Source: Candidatus Hermodarchaeota archaeon
GTDB taxonomy: Archaea; Asgardarchaeota; Hermodarchaeia; Hermodarchaeales; Hermodarchaeaceae
Length of the DNA: 64,000 nt
Direction of reading: 5' to 3'
NCBI GenBank assembly: GCA_016839365.1
Contig: JAEOUH010000071.1
Location: 12,219-76,218, forward strand
Position numbers and translations under genes: made by a program. The notes beneath the pieces were generated by a model. That model was not told where the DNA came from. It was given only the letters and a program-made list of their open reading frames with translations, and did not search any database. Below, in pieces: positions 1-9,239 of the stretch (its first letter is position 1; the number at the start of each line of letters is the position of its first letter).

Positions 1-2026
1 AGGTGTTGATTGGGCCATTCGCCAAAATAACCAAAAGTTCCACGGTGAGTTCTTTGCGAAGAATGCCGTAAACAAAGGCAGCAGCGGTTTCAGCTGGTAA
101 TCCGAGCCACCCGACTACTAATGGTGCAGCCCATAGACTAACCATGTAGAGATAAGAGAAATCAGGGGTGGGGAAGTAGAGTAGAAGACCTAGCACAGCA
201 CCTCCGATGATGATTAGAGGAAGGGCGATGTAGACGAACTCGCGGAATCGAAGCCAGGTTTTTTTGAGTGTGGGTTTCAGTCGTGGGGTGCGTAGGGGTG
301 GAATTTCCATAACGAGTCCATGAGAGGCGCCTGGGAGAGTATGTTGGAGTAGGGCACCTAGACCAATTATAATCCCAAAAACAATGGCGAGGATTAGAAA
401 GGCAAAGAAAATCGAGGCATATAAACCCACAGTGCCAAGAATTACTGCTAATTGAGCTGAGCAGGGGACGAGGACGACGAGAAATCCAGCGATGAGGCGT
501 TCACGGCGTGTAGAAAGAATACGCGTCCCGAGAACGGCGGGAACATTACACCCCATACCTGTTAATAAGGGAATAATTGCGCGACCATGAAGGCCGAGTC
601 GATGCATGAAGGCATCTAGAAGGAAGGCGATGCGGGCCATGTATCCGGTGTCTTCTAGGATGGAGAGGATGATGTAAAAGGTGGCCACAAAGGGTACAGC
701 GATGAATAACCACGCTTGGATGCCTAAAACTAGACCATAGTAGAGAATAACTTGAACGATGACAGATGGGACATAGGTAGTGATGAGGTATTGTGCTGTG
801 GGGTTGATGAAAGCTTCCCAGAATTCACCGACAGTCGCATCGAAGATCGCGCCAGCAGCAAACATGATGAGGAGCGATCCAATCAGAACCAGAAGGGCTA
901 TCGGAAGACCAAAAACTCGATCGGTTAGAATGGCTGAGATTTTTTCCGTAAGTGGTACTCGCTTCCCCTTTCCCTGCTGAACTTGCTCAGTTAAATAGAT
1001 GGCGTATTGTTTCCGTTTTTCACCAAGAACAAGAACAATGTCTTCATCGAATTCTTTTTCGATTTCCGTTCGAATCGTTTTTACCAGATTGAGTGCTTCT
1101 TCAGATTCCAGGCTACTTTCAATACAGGCGGCACATTGGGCATATTCTTCCAGTAATTGTTGGGAAAGGATACGTAAGGGTAGATTCATGGGGCAGAGTT
1201 GCATCTGGCTTAGGCGCTGTTCTAATCGACGGAGTTTCGCTTCGATGCCATTTGGAAACAGGAATCGCCGGGGATTCGGTCTGACTCCCTTATAGGCGCC
1301 ACTCTTTGCAGCAGTACGTAAAAGTAGTTTCAGGTTTGTTCCATGAATAGCTACAGTAGGAATGACGGGGACACCCAGAAGCATTTCGAGTTTCTTTTCA
1401 TCAATTTCGATACCCATTCGACGGGCTAAATCCACTTGGTTAAGGCACACAACCATGGGAATATTGAATTCGAGTAGGGCAATCGTGAGAAGCAGATTAC
1501 GCGGAAGGTTAGTTGCATCGACGACGTTAACAATGACATCAGGGGTGTCTTGTTGCAAGTATCGAAGTGTAACCTTTTCGTCTTCTGTTGAGGGACTAAC
1601 GATTGTATATGAACCAGGCAAATCGACAATATCGAGTTGTAAGCCTTCAATGGTTTCATCAAAATCTTTCAGTGCCCACTTTCGAAAGTGTTTGCCAATA
1701 CCTCTCCCGTGTTGACGCCGTCCAGGTCGGTCTCGTCTAAAAGGTCTGTCATCCTGTTGAAACTCATCTTCTTCTGTGGGTTGCCAATCTTTAATTCCTG
1801 GATGCCATCGAGGAGAGTAGACATCACGATAGGAGAGATAAACAGTCCCTTCAAGGATTTCCACTGTCGTTCCTGGATAATTAGAGACTATCGCTCCTAG
1901 CCCCGTCCAGTTATTGAAGATCACACTCTTTCCAACATTTGGTTGACCTACTAGGGCTATCCGTAAATGATTCAATTCTGGAAACTGTTTCCTATGACGG
2001 AATTTCCGTTTACGTGGGCCCTTCAT
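1..2026 (-). CDS. feoB: Ferrous iron transporter FeoB (C-terminal end lies beyond the window start)
   Basis: Absent from the ORF track because it has no stop in the window. My translation from the ATG at 2026 gives MKGPRKRKFRHRKQFPELNHLRIALVGQPNVGKSVIFNNWTGLGAIVSNYPGTTVE (G1 GxPNVGKS, G2 PGTT). The frame stays open to nt 2, where it reads VVGWLGLPAETAAAFVYGILRKELTVELLVILANGPINT (membrane domain). Confidence 0.9.
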   Translation of the reverse strand, partial: MKGPRKRKFRHRKQFPELNHLRIALVGQPNVGKSVIFNNWTGLGAIVSNYPGTTVEILEGTVYLSYRDVYSPRWHPGIKDWQPTEEDEFQQDDRPFRRDRPGRRQHGRGIGKHFRKWALKDFDETIEGLQLDIVDLPGSYTIVSPSTEDEKVTLRYLQQDTPDVIVNVVDATNLPRNLLLTIALLEFNIPMVVCLNQVDLARRMGIEIDEKKLEMLLGVPVIPTVAIHGTNLKLLLRTAAKSGAYKGVRPNPRRFLFPNGIEAKLRRLEQRLSQMQLCPMNLPLRILSQQLLEEYAQCAACIESSLESEEALNLVKTIRTEIEKEFDEDIVLVLGEKRKQYAIYLTEQVQQGKGKRVPLTEKISAILTDRVFGLPIALLVLIGSLLIMFAAGAIFDATVGEFWEAFINPTAQYLITTYVPSVIVQVILYYGLVLGIQAWLFIAVPFVATFYIILSILEDTGYMARIAFLLDAFMHRLGLHGRAIIPLLTGMGCNVPAVLGTRILSTRRERLIAGFLVVLVPCSAQLAVILGTVGLYASIFFAFLILAIVFGIIIGLGALLQHTLPGASHGLVMEIPPLRTPRLKPTLKKTWLRFREFVYIALPLIIIGGAVLGLLLYFPTPDFSYLYMVSLWAAPLVVGWLGLPAETAAAFVYGILRKELTVELLVILANGPINT

Positions 2027-2047
2027 TTTTCAATCAACTCTGTGGTG

Positions 2048-2791
2048 CTATTCAACCACTTCATGACGGACCCGGACTCGTTTGGCAAGGTCATGACTCA
2101 AAGCAAATTGAGCTGTGCCTACATCAATGAGAAATGTATCTCCTATAGGCGAAATCTGAACTACACGGACGATTTCCCCCGGAAGCATCCCCATTGAAGA
2201 CATCATCCGCAACAAATCTATGTTCTCATCACTTATGCAATCAATGACAGCAGATTCACCTTGCCCTAGATCAGCCAAGGTTAATTGAGGCAGAGGAGTC
2301 ACAGTTCCATCCAATTCCGGTATGGGATTTCCGTGTGGGCAGGTTGCTGGATCATCTAGTTTTTCGAGAACTCTGTTGCACAATTCAGGTGTTAGTAAAT
2401 GCTCCCATTCACACGCCACATCATGGGCTTCCTCCCAGCTTACACCCAACAGGTCAACAAGTAGGCGTTCGGCGATTCGGTGCCGACGGAGGACATCCAG
2501 AGCGAGTTTACGCCCTTTTGCTGTAAGACGAACACCCTTGTTCTTTTCATATTTCAGATAGGATTTTTCAGCTAACTTTTGTACCATCTGCGTCACACTG
2601 GCTGGCTTAACATTCAAAACTTCTGCAAGCTCACCGGTTTTAGCATACTTGTCATTGTTTTGAAGCAATCGAAAAATCGCTTCAAGATACTCTTCAATGC
2701 TGGCACTGGGAATTTCATATTTTGAAGCCCGTGAAGCGCTTTTGGAGTCTTCTCTATCGATTTCTGGTTGGGTGTGGGAAGCAGGAGTCAT
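2048..2791 (-). CDS. DtxR/MntR-family metal-dependent repressor with C-terminal FeoA/SH3-like domain
   Basis: 247-aa ORF. It has a wHTH (TGELAEVLNVKPASVTQMVQKLAEKSYL), a DtxR-type dimerisation/metal region (RHRIAERLLVDLLGVSWEEAHDVACEWEHLL) and a FeoA-like tail (LPGEIVRVVQISPIGDTFLIDVG). It ends 21 nt upstream of the feoB start. Confidence 0.85.
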   Translation of the reverse strand: MTPASHTQPEIDREDSKSASRASKYEIPSASIEEYLEAIFRLLQNNDKYAKTGELAEVLNVKPASVTQMVQKLAEKSYLKYEKNKGVRLTAKGRKLALDVLRRHRIAERLLVDLLGVSWEEAHDVACEWEHLLTPELCNRVLEKLDDPATCPHGNPIPELDGTVTPLPQLTLADLGQGESAVIDCISDENIDLLRMMSSMGMLPGEIVRVVQISPIGDTFLIDVGTAQFALSHDLAKRVRVRHEVVE

Positions 2792-2798
2792 GTTTGAA

Positions 2799-2820
2799 AT
2801 TTAGGTGTGCCTAAATATAA
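2799..2820 (-). promoter_or_regulatory. Putative iron-box-like operator overlapping a TATA-like element of the dtxR-feoB promoter
   Basis: Perfect inverted repeat ATTTAGG-TGTG-CCTAAAT at 2799-2816, 8 nt upstream of the dtxR ATG (2791). It contains TTAGG/CCTAA half-sites like the DtxR/IdeR iron box. On the minus strand, TTATATTT (2813-2820) overlaps the distal arm about 26 nt from the ATG. Confidence 0.45.
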
Positions 2821-2854
2821 GTCTTTACTTCGTATTAGCAACCAAAAAGACACT

Positions 2855-3826
2855 TTAAACTAATCTTAGGACTTGGGCACACATCAGAAAATATAGTACC
2901 AAAGAGCGCACACTCCCCCAACGTTCAGCGACCAATTCGACATCAGTCCGCCTTGCCGGTTTACCTTTCAAATACAATTGGGAGATGATCTGACGAATAC
3001 CTAAATCATCGGCAGGGAACACCTCCAACCGTCGTACACCCGTTAATACAGCAAGTTCTGCAGTCCACTTCCCAATACCTCGGAGGGCATCCAATTTTTT
3101 AATAATTGTACTTGTATCCGATTCAGCCAACTCATCTAACTGTAAATTGCCAACGACCAACTCCTCGAACAACCCAACCAAATAGGGAGCTTTAAACCCG
3201 AGCTTGCATTCACGGAGTTTCGCCTCGGATAGGACTGACAGGGTTTCAAGAGTGGGGAATCCAAACAACTGCTCCTCCCCGAGTTGACAGCGTGGACCAT
3301 AATCTTCGACTAATCTTCGTGTAACCTGATTAGCAGATCGAAAACTGACCTGCTGCTGTAGAATCGCCTTGACAAGAGCTTCAAAGAAAGTCGGATGACT
3401 GAAAGGTCTTAGCCCTTGGAGCGGCTTGTGTAGGTGGGCAATAATTGAGTCTTTTTTGATGGCCGCAAGCACGGGGCGTGTATCAACATCCCAGCCCAAC
3501 ATCCATTCAATCGCAGTGATTATCGCTCCATGATTTCTCCCAAACTGGGCAGGCCATTGCACTTGGAGGCGAGGCCGTTTCCCCCGATCGAGCTGAAGAA
3601 CACGGACTGGTACAATTTGATCGCCGAGGGGGATGCAACGGGCAAATTCACCAGGTTTCTTCAGTTCAGGGGTCGGTTGCACATCAGGGTACACCCAGCA
3701 ATCGACAGTCACATCGAGGTCGAAAGGCTGATTAAGCTCAATTTGGAAGCCATGAATTTCCGACATTACTCCATCGACATCCCTGAAGGCTAAATAACGT
3801 ATTTTACTGTATGCCCCTTCCAGCAA
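2855..3826 (-). CDS. HhH-GPD superfamily DNA glycosylase (AlkA / 3-methyladenine glycosylase II-like)
   Basis: Helix-hairpin-helix LRGIGKWTAELAVLTG followed by VFPADDLGIRQ (catalytic Asp context). The start may instead be the internal ATG at 3766 (MSEIHGFQIEL). Confidence 0.75.
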   Translation of the reverse strand: MLEGAYSKIRYLAFRDVDGVMSEIHGFQIELNQPFDLDVTVDCWVYPDVQPTPELKKPGEFARCIPLGDQIVPVRVLQLDRGKRPRLQVQWPAQFGRNHGAIITAIEWMLGWDVDTRPVLAAIKKDSIIAHLHKPLQGLRPFSHPTFFEALVKAILQQQVSFRSANQVTRRLVEDYGPRCQLGEEQLFGFPTLETLSVLSEAKLRECKLGFKAPYLVGLFEELVVGNLQLDELAESDTSTIIKKLDALRGIGKWTAELAVLTGVRRLEVFPADDLGIRQIISQLYLKGKPARRTDVELVAERWGSVRSLVLYFLMCAQVLRLV

Positions 3827-3941
3827 TGAGGGATATCTATATGTTTAGAATCGGTTGGTATATCGTGTGGGACAACCGTCCACAACACATTTATTCTTGT
3901 AATTCTTTTTTCTACTCAATACGATGGAGTATGAATAAATC

Positions 3942-4322
3942 ATGGCCATGTTAGGCGTTCAACGAATCATGACCGGACAACATGTAGAAGCCAACGATGT
4001 GATGCACTGCTTCCTCGGTCTTCGGAGCCTCGAAATCGATGTATACTTTTATCTACTCAAAGGCCGGGCTACAGTCAAAGAGGTCGCAGAAGCCCTCGGA
4101 CGTAATCGGAGTACGGTTCAACGAGCCATCCAAAACCTTGTGCAGCGGGGATTTGCCCACCGTAGAACACGTACACTCCGCAAAGGCGGATACGTATACG
4201 TATATGAGGCAGTAAGTCTTGCGGCCATGAAGGATCTAATCAGAGCCGCCCTTGATTCGTTTTACAAACAAATCGAAGAATTCTTGGACCAATATTGGGC
4301 TGAATCAACAAAACCAACATAA
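3942..4322 (+). CDS. TrmB/MarR-like winged-helix transcriptional regulator
   Basis: 126 aa with an HTH signature (EIDVYFYLLKGRATVKEVAEALGRNRSTVQRAIQNLVQRGFAHR). Divergent from the glycosylase gene. Confidence 0.6.
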   Translation: MAMLGVQRIMTGQHVEANDVMHCFLGLRSLEIDVYFYLLKGRATVKEVAEALGRNRSTVQRAIQNLVQRGFAHRRTRTLRKGGYVYVYEAVSLAAMKDLIRAALDSFYKQIEEFLDQYWAESTKPT

Positions 4323-4441
4323 GCGGTTGTGTTCAGTTGTGACACTACCGATACCTTTATATTTTAACTTTACCACACCCCCCTCGGAACTGCAAAAGAA
4401 GGATAAATACCATCATGCAGTATAATGGACGGTGAAATAGA

Positions 4442-4672
4442 ATGGCATCCATTGGCTGTCCTTTCTGTTCAAAAGTAGGAATTATCATGGTCATCACTGG
4501 CCTGACATTCATTCTGCTCAGCGTGACAGCCACACTTCCATGGCTGGCCATCATTGGCCTCATCTTCCTGATTGGGGCTTACATCGTTCCCGGACTAGTG
4601 AGCGGAGAAAGCTGCCACAGCGAAGGCTGTACTAACCCCTCACATAAACATGGAGAGGAGGACTCACAATGA
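4442..4672 (+). CDS. Small two-TM membrane protein with CPFC and CHSEGC motifs
   Basis: 76 aa with two hydrophobic helices (VGIIMVITGLTFILLSV, WLAIIGLIFLIGAYIVPGLV). Its stop overlaps the thioredoxin ATG (ATGA at 4669-4672). The antisense ORF 4357-4563 is less protein-like. Confidence 0.45.
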   Translation: MASIGCPFCSKVGIIMVITGLTFILLSVTATLPWLAIIGLIFLIGAYIVPGLVSGESCHSEGCTNPSHKHGEEDSQ

Positions 4673-5088
4673 CTGATATCCCCGATCCAGAACTCACACG
4701 ATTACGTGAACAAAAACTCAAGGAGTTACAACATACTATGGCAACAGAATCTAAAACTCCAACCCACCCCCAAGGTAAGGTTCTCCACCTATCCACCCAC
4801 GACTTTGACCAAACCATTAGCCAAGGTGTCACCCTTGTTGACTTCTTCGCAGAGTGGTGCGGCCCATGCAAGATGATGGTCCCTGTCGTAGACAAACTAG
4901 CCCAAGAATATGCTGGCCTGGCGAAGGTTGCAAAGGTAGACGTGGATCATAATATCGAAATCGCGATGCGGTATCGCGTACAAGGTGTACCCACTTTTGC
5001 CCTGTTTAAGGATGGCGTGATGGTGCACCGAGTAGTTGGTGGCGTTGGCTATCAGCCACTGAAAACCGCTCTTGACACCTTCCTTTAA
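4669..5088 (+). CDS. trxA: Thioredoxin
   Basis: Active site FFAEWCGPCKMM and the typical C-terminal GVPTFALFKDG. It has an N-terminal extension of about 30 aa; an alternative start is M24. Confidence 0.9.
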   Translation: MTDIPDPELTRLREQKLKELQHTMATESKTPTHPQGKVLHLSTHDFDQTISQGVTLVDFFAEWCGPCKMMVPVVDKLAQEYAGLAKVAKVDVDHNIEIAMRYRVQGVPTFALFKDGVMVHRVVGGVGYQPLKTALDTFL

Positions 5089-5216
5089 TGCCCAAATTTC
5101 TTTCATTTAAGCAGTCAACCCCGAACTTTTCACGTGGAGCGTTATCGTTGTTGACGGCGATATTTTACTTTTAATAAAAGAAATATAATTATAAAGCATA
5201 CAGGATTCGGTTTCTT

Positions 5217-5349
5217 GAACACATTCCTTCCGTGTTCAGGTGGTTCAAACTCAAGCAGCTCCGAAAATTTTTTATGGTCAATTCGGATTTTCGTGAGCTG
5301 CTGGACCACCCGAGTAGGGTCTGGAGCCACGAGTGGAAGATTCCAGACC
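5217..5349 (+). promoter_or_regulatory. Three stem-loops in the long upstream/leader region of grpE-dnaK-dnaJ
   Basis: GAACAC-N9-GTGTTC (5217-5237); AGCAGCTC-N33-GAGCTGCT (5254-5302); GGTCTGGA-N16-TCCAGACC (5318-5349). All arms are perfect. They lie downstream of the AT-rich TATA-like stretch at 5181-5196 and upstream of the GGAGG at 5426-5430. Confidence 0.3.
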
Positions 5350-5439
5350 GGTTTTGGGAATCGGGTAACAGCAGCTACCTCTCACCTTTAAACGGCAATA
5401 ATGCACGCTGTGCAACCAATCTAACGGAGGATTGGGTCA

Positions 5440-6093
5440 ATGACTGATAAACCGAAAAAAACTGGAAAAACACCTGTCTCCAAAGAAAGTGAGGATCGGC
5501 TAGCTAAGAGTCCAACACACCCTGAGTCTTCAGTAAAAACAGATAAAACACCAAAGAAACCAACCAGAAAAGAATTAGAGCAAGCCTTAGAAGAAGCCCA
5601 ATCCCAAATTGAGAGACACAAAACACGACTTGCTTACCTTCAGGCGGATCACGAGAATTATGTGAAGTCCACTGAACGCCTTACCGCTAATCTCCGATTG
5701 CAAGCGAATCGTGATCTAATCCTCAGCTTGTTACCCATTTTAGATGATTTAGAGAGAGCACAAATCATGGTTCCCCAGATTGAAGTAAATACACCTTTCA
5801 TTGAGGGTTTTTCAATGCTAGTGGAGAACCTTAAAACGGCGTTAGTGAATGCTGGAGTCAAACCAATAGAAAGTGAAGGAAAAACCTTTGATCCTCTACG
5901 GCACGAAGCGGTTGTCCGCGAAGAATCTACAAAAATTCCTCCCAACACCATTATAGAGGAATTGCGAAAAGGATATCTCCTCAAGGGCACTTTGCTTCGA
6001 CCATCCATGGTGAAGATTGCGATCGCACCCAAACCCATCCCAAATAAGTCTGAGACTGAAGAATCTGAAGGTAAAGAATCAAACACAAAATAA
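5440..6093 (+). CDS. grpE: Nucleotide exchange factor GrpE
   Basis: Coiled-coil N-terminal region followed by LLPILDDLERA and FDPLRHEAV motifs. GGAGG lies 9 nt upstream. First gene of grpE-dnaK-dnaJ. Confidence 0.9.
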   Translation: MTDKPKKTGKTPVSKESEDRLAKSPTHPESSVKTDKTPKKPTRKELEQALEEAQSQIERHKTRLAYLQADHENYVKSTERLTANLRLQANRDLILSLLPILDDLERAQIMVPQIEVNTPFIEGFSMLVENLKTALVNAGVKPIESEGKTFDPLRHEAVVREESTKIPPNTIIEELRKGYLLKGTLLRPSMVKIAIAPKPIPNKSETEESEGKESNTK

Positions 6094-6126
6094 TGTTATA
6101 TAATTTAGAAATTGGAGTTGAAGAAC

Positions 6127-8025
6127 ATGCCAAAAATTATTGGAATTGATCTCGGAACTAGCAATTCAGCAGCCGCTGTGATGCGTGGAGACCGCCCTAT
6201 CATTATTCCTAGCGCTGAAGGTCCCACGGTCTCCGGGAAAGCCTTCCCATCATATGTTGCTATCACTGATGATGGAACCCGGCTTGTTGGTGAACCTGCA
6301 CGGCGTCAGGCTGTTGCAAACCCTGAAGGAACAGTGACGGCTGTGAAGCGGAAAATGGGAACCCGACAGAAAGTGAAAATCCGGGACAAAACCTTCACAC
6401 CTGAAGAAGTATCATCATTTATTCTTCGAAAAATCAAAACAGACGCAGAGGCGTTTCTTGGAGAACTTGTAAGCCAAGCAGTTATCACAGTTCCTGCTTA
6501 CTTTAATGACAACCAACGCCAAGCCACTAAAGATGCCGGTGAATTAGCGGGCCTCGAGGTCGTCCGCCTCATCAACGAACCCACAGCTGCATCGCTAGCC
6601 TATGGTATCGACAAGCTCGATAAGGAACTTCGAATCCTTGTCTTTGATCTTGGTGGTGGTACATTAGATGTCACGATTATGGAATTTGGTCCCGACCCAG
6701 ATACAGGGAGTGGACTGTTCCAAGTGGTCTCCACTGCGGGCGACACTCAGCTAGGTGGAACCGACATGGACCTTTCAATAGCTGAATGGCTAGCTGACGA
6801 ATTTAAAGCAGAGCACGGGATGGACCTCCATGACGACCCTACAGCCTGGCGGCGTCTCCTTGAAGCAGCAGAGAAGGCAAAAATCGAGTTATCCAACGTA
6901 ATTGAGAGTGAAATTAACCTCCCCTACCTCACAGCGGATAAAACCGGTCCAAAACACCTCCAACGCAAACTAACCCGAGCAAAACTTGAGGATTTAGTCC
7001 GAAGTATTGTGGACCGCTGCGATGGTCCAATGCGCCAAGCGATTAGTGATGCAAAATTACGCCCCAACGAGATTGACAAGATTATCTTGATTGGTGGACC
7101 CACACGGATGCCGATTGTTCGCCAATACGTTGAGAAATTCATTGGTAAGAAAGCCGAACGCGGTGTAGATCCAATGGAAGCAGTGGCCCTCGGTGCAGCC
7201 ATCCAGGGCGGTGTTATAACTGGGGATGTCAAAGACCTACTGCTTCTTGATGTTACTCCCCTATCATTAGGGGTTGAAACAAAAGGCGACATCATGACTC
7301 CCATTATCGAACGTAACACAACTATTCCAGTAGAACGAAGCCAAATCTTCAGCACTGCCGCAGATATGCAAACTGTCGTCACTATCCACGTGTTACAAGG
7401 TGAACGGTCTAGAGCTAGTCAAAACATCTCACTTGGCCAGTTCAATCTTACTGGCATCCCACCAGCCCCAATGGGTGTTCCCCAAATTGAGGTTACCTTT
7501 GACATTGATGTTAACGGCATCCTCCATGTGAAAGCCAAGGACTTGGGAACCGGAAATGAACAGAAAATCACCATTTCTGCTTCAACCAAACTAACTGAAT
7601 CCCAAAAAGATAAGATGGTCGCGGATGCCGAAAAGTACGAAGAAGAAGACAAACGCTACCGCGAAGAAGCCGAGGAGCTCAACAGGGCAGAATCACTAGT
7701 CTATTCAGCCCGGAAGACCATCAAAGAGCTTGGCGATAAGATTAGCGAAGGGGACAAGCAAAAGGTCGAAGACGCTGCGAATCGGCTTGAAAAAGCCGTC
7801 CAGGATAAGGACCTTGCAACTGCAAAGCAAGAGATGGAAACCCTTACAGATATTTTACAAGGAGTCGGAACTGCCGTGTACCAGCAAGTCGCCGAGGAAC
7901 AAGCTCGGGCTCAAGCTCAGGCTGGAGTAAAGGAAGAGGCTGAATCCGAACCGAAAAAGAAGAAGGGTAAAGAAAAAGTCGTTGATGCTGATTATGAAGT
8001 CGTTGATGATGAAGACAAGAAATAA
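6127..8025 (+). CDS. dnaK: Hsp70 chaperone DnaK
   Basis: [20 protein letters not shown] and [11 protein letters not shown] motifs, with an EEVD-like acidic tail. The ORF track starts at TTG 6112; ATG 6127 ([10 protein letters not shown]) fits the family N-terminus better. Confidence 0.96.
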   Translation: MPKIIGIDLGTSNSAAAVMRGDRPIIIPSAEGPTVSGKAFPSYVAITDDGTRLVGEPARRQAVANPEGTVTAVKRKMGTRQKVKIRDKTFTPEEVSSFILRKIKTDAEAFLGELVSQAVITVPAYFNDNQRQATKDAGELAGLEVVRLINEPTAASLAYGIDKLDKELRILVFDLGGGTLDVTIMEFGPDPDTGSGLFQVVSTAGDTQLGGTDMDLSIAEWLADEFKAEHGMDLHDDPTAWRRLLEAAEKAKIELSNVIESEINLPYLTADKTGPKHLQRKLTRAKLEDLVRSIVDRCDGPMRQAISDAKLRPNEIDKIILIGGPTRMPIVRQYVEKFIGKKAERGVDPMEAVALGAAIQGGVITGDVKDLLLLDVTPLSLGVETKGDIMTPIIERNTTIPVERSQIFSTAADMQTVVTIHVLQGERSRASQNISLGQFNLTGIPPAPMGVPQIEVTFDIDVNGILHVKAKDLGTGNEQKITISASTKLTESQKDKMVADAEKYEEEDKRYREEAEELNRAESLVYSARKTIKELGDKISEGDKQKVEDAANRLEKAVQDKDLATAKQEMETLTDILQGVGTAVYQQVAEEQARAQAQAGVKEEAESEPKKKKGKEKVVDADYEVVDDEDKK

Positions 8026-8125
8026 AGTAGACGAGTAGTTTCGCTGACCAAGTCATACGGCATTAGCGAGGCAGAAGAAATAAAAGCCTAGTCTAGATTC
8101 GGTTACGCATTTATGGTGAGTCAGT

Positions 8126-9238
8126 GTGAGTTACGGGAGCAATCAAAAACGGGACTACTATGAAGTACTCGGTGTAGATCGGAAAGCCACAAAGGCTGAA
8201 ATTCGAAGTGCTTATCGTAAACTTGCTCTGAAGTATCACCCAGACCGGAATAAAGAATCTGATGCAGCTGAGAAGTTCAAAGAGATCTCAGAAGCCTATG
8301 CAATACTATCGGATGATGACAAACGCCTCCAATATGACCAGTTCGGTCACGCTGGCATCTCCGGACGTTATAGTGCCCAGGATATATTTGGTGGCGTTAA
8401 CTTCGAAGACATCCTACGCAGTTTCGGCCTCGGAGGTGGTCTAGGAGGCTTTGGAAGCATCTTTGATTTCTTAATGGGACGAGGCGCAAGACGACCTTCC
8501 CAACGAGATCAGGCTATCGATTTACGATACGACATGAAAATCTCGCTCAAAGAAGCTGCAACTGGTATCGAAAGAGAAATTACAATAAAACGCGACGAAC
8601 AGTGCCCCAAATGTGGAGGCAGCGGTGGAGAGCCGGGAACCCCTATGAAAACTTGTTCTCGCTGTGGCGGACGTGGCGAATTACGCCAAGTCCAACAGAC
8701 AATGTTTGGGCAAGTAATTCGAGTCGCCACCTGTCCTGAATGTGATGGACAGGGGAAAATAGTGGAAACAGCTTGCTCTGAATGCAGAGGAAAACGCACT
8801 GTTCGGGAAAAACGGAGTATTCGTGTCCAAATCCCCCCTGGAGTTGAATCGGGGTCAATGCTTAGGCTGAAAGACCAGGGTGCTTCGTACAACGGCAGCC
8901 CACCAGGTGATCTTTATGTTGTTGTGCATGTACAACCTGATGATACTTTCCAGCGTGTTGGCGATGACATCATCATAGAGCAACCGATATCATTCACTCA
9001 GGCAGCATTGGGGGCGGAAATTGAGGTTCCTACACTGCTTTCCAAAGCCAAGTTAAAGATTCCTGCAGGAACACAACCTGGCACGATTTTACGGTTGCGA
9101 GGACAAGGGATGCCCCGGACCCGATGGCGAGGAAACGGTGATCAACTCATCCAAATTAAGGTTGAAGTACCTAAGAAGCTGAGCCGACAGCAGCAAGAAC
9201 TCCTGGAGCGACTTGCTGAGGAACTGGAGGAAAAGTAA
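8126..9238 (+). CDS. dnaJ: Hsp40 co-chaperone DnaJ (type I)
   Basis: J-domain with KYHPDRN, a G/F-rich linker, and four CxxCxGxG repeats ([32 protein letters not shown]). GTG start. Confidence 0.95.
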   Translation: MSYGSNQKRDYYEVLGVDRKATKAEIRSAYRKLALKYHPDRNKESDAAEKFKEISEAYAILSDDDKRLQYDQFGHAGISGRYSAQDIFGGVNFEDILRSFGLGGGLGGFGSIFDFLMGRGARRPSQRDQAIDLRYDMKISLKEAATGIEREITIKRDEQCPKCGGSGGEPGTPMKTCSRCGGRGELRQVQQTMFGQVIRVATCPECDGQGKIVETACSECRGKRTVREKRSIRVQIPPGVESGSMLRLKDQGASYNGSPPGDLYVVVHVQPDDTFQRVGDDIIIEQPISFTQAALGAEIEVPTLLSKAKLKIPAGTQPGTILRLRGQGMPRTRWRGNGDQLIQIKVEVPKKLSRQQQELLERLAEELEEK

Positions 9239-9239
9239 T

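Noticed and set aside
3878-3900. An imperfect inverted repeat, TGTGGGAC-AACC-GTCCACA, lies between the glycosylase and TrmB-like genes and could be a TrmB operator.
   Set aside because: One arm carries a bulge and there is no second copy. The evidence is too weak to call.
5254-5302. The inverted repeat AGCAGCTC...GAGCTGCT upstream of grpE looked at first like a CIRCE heat-shock operator.
   Set aside because: CIRCE is TTAGCACTC-N9-GAGTGCTAA. Here the arms differ in sequence and are separated by 33 nt, and no hrcA is in the window. I kept it only as a generic hairpin.
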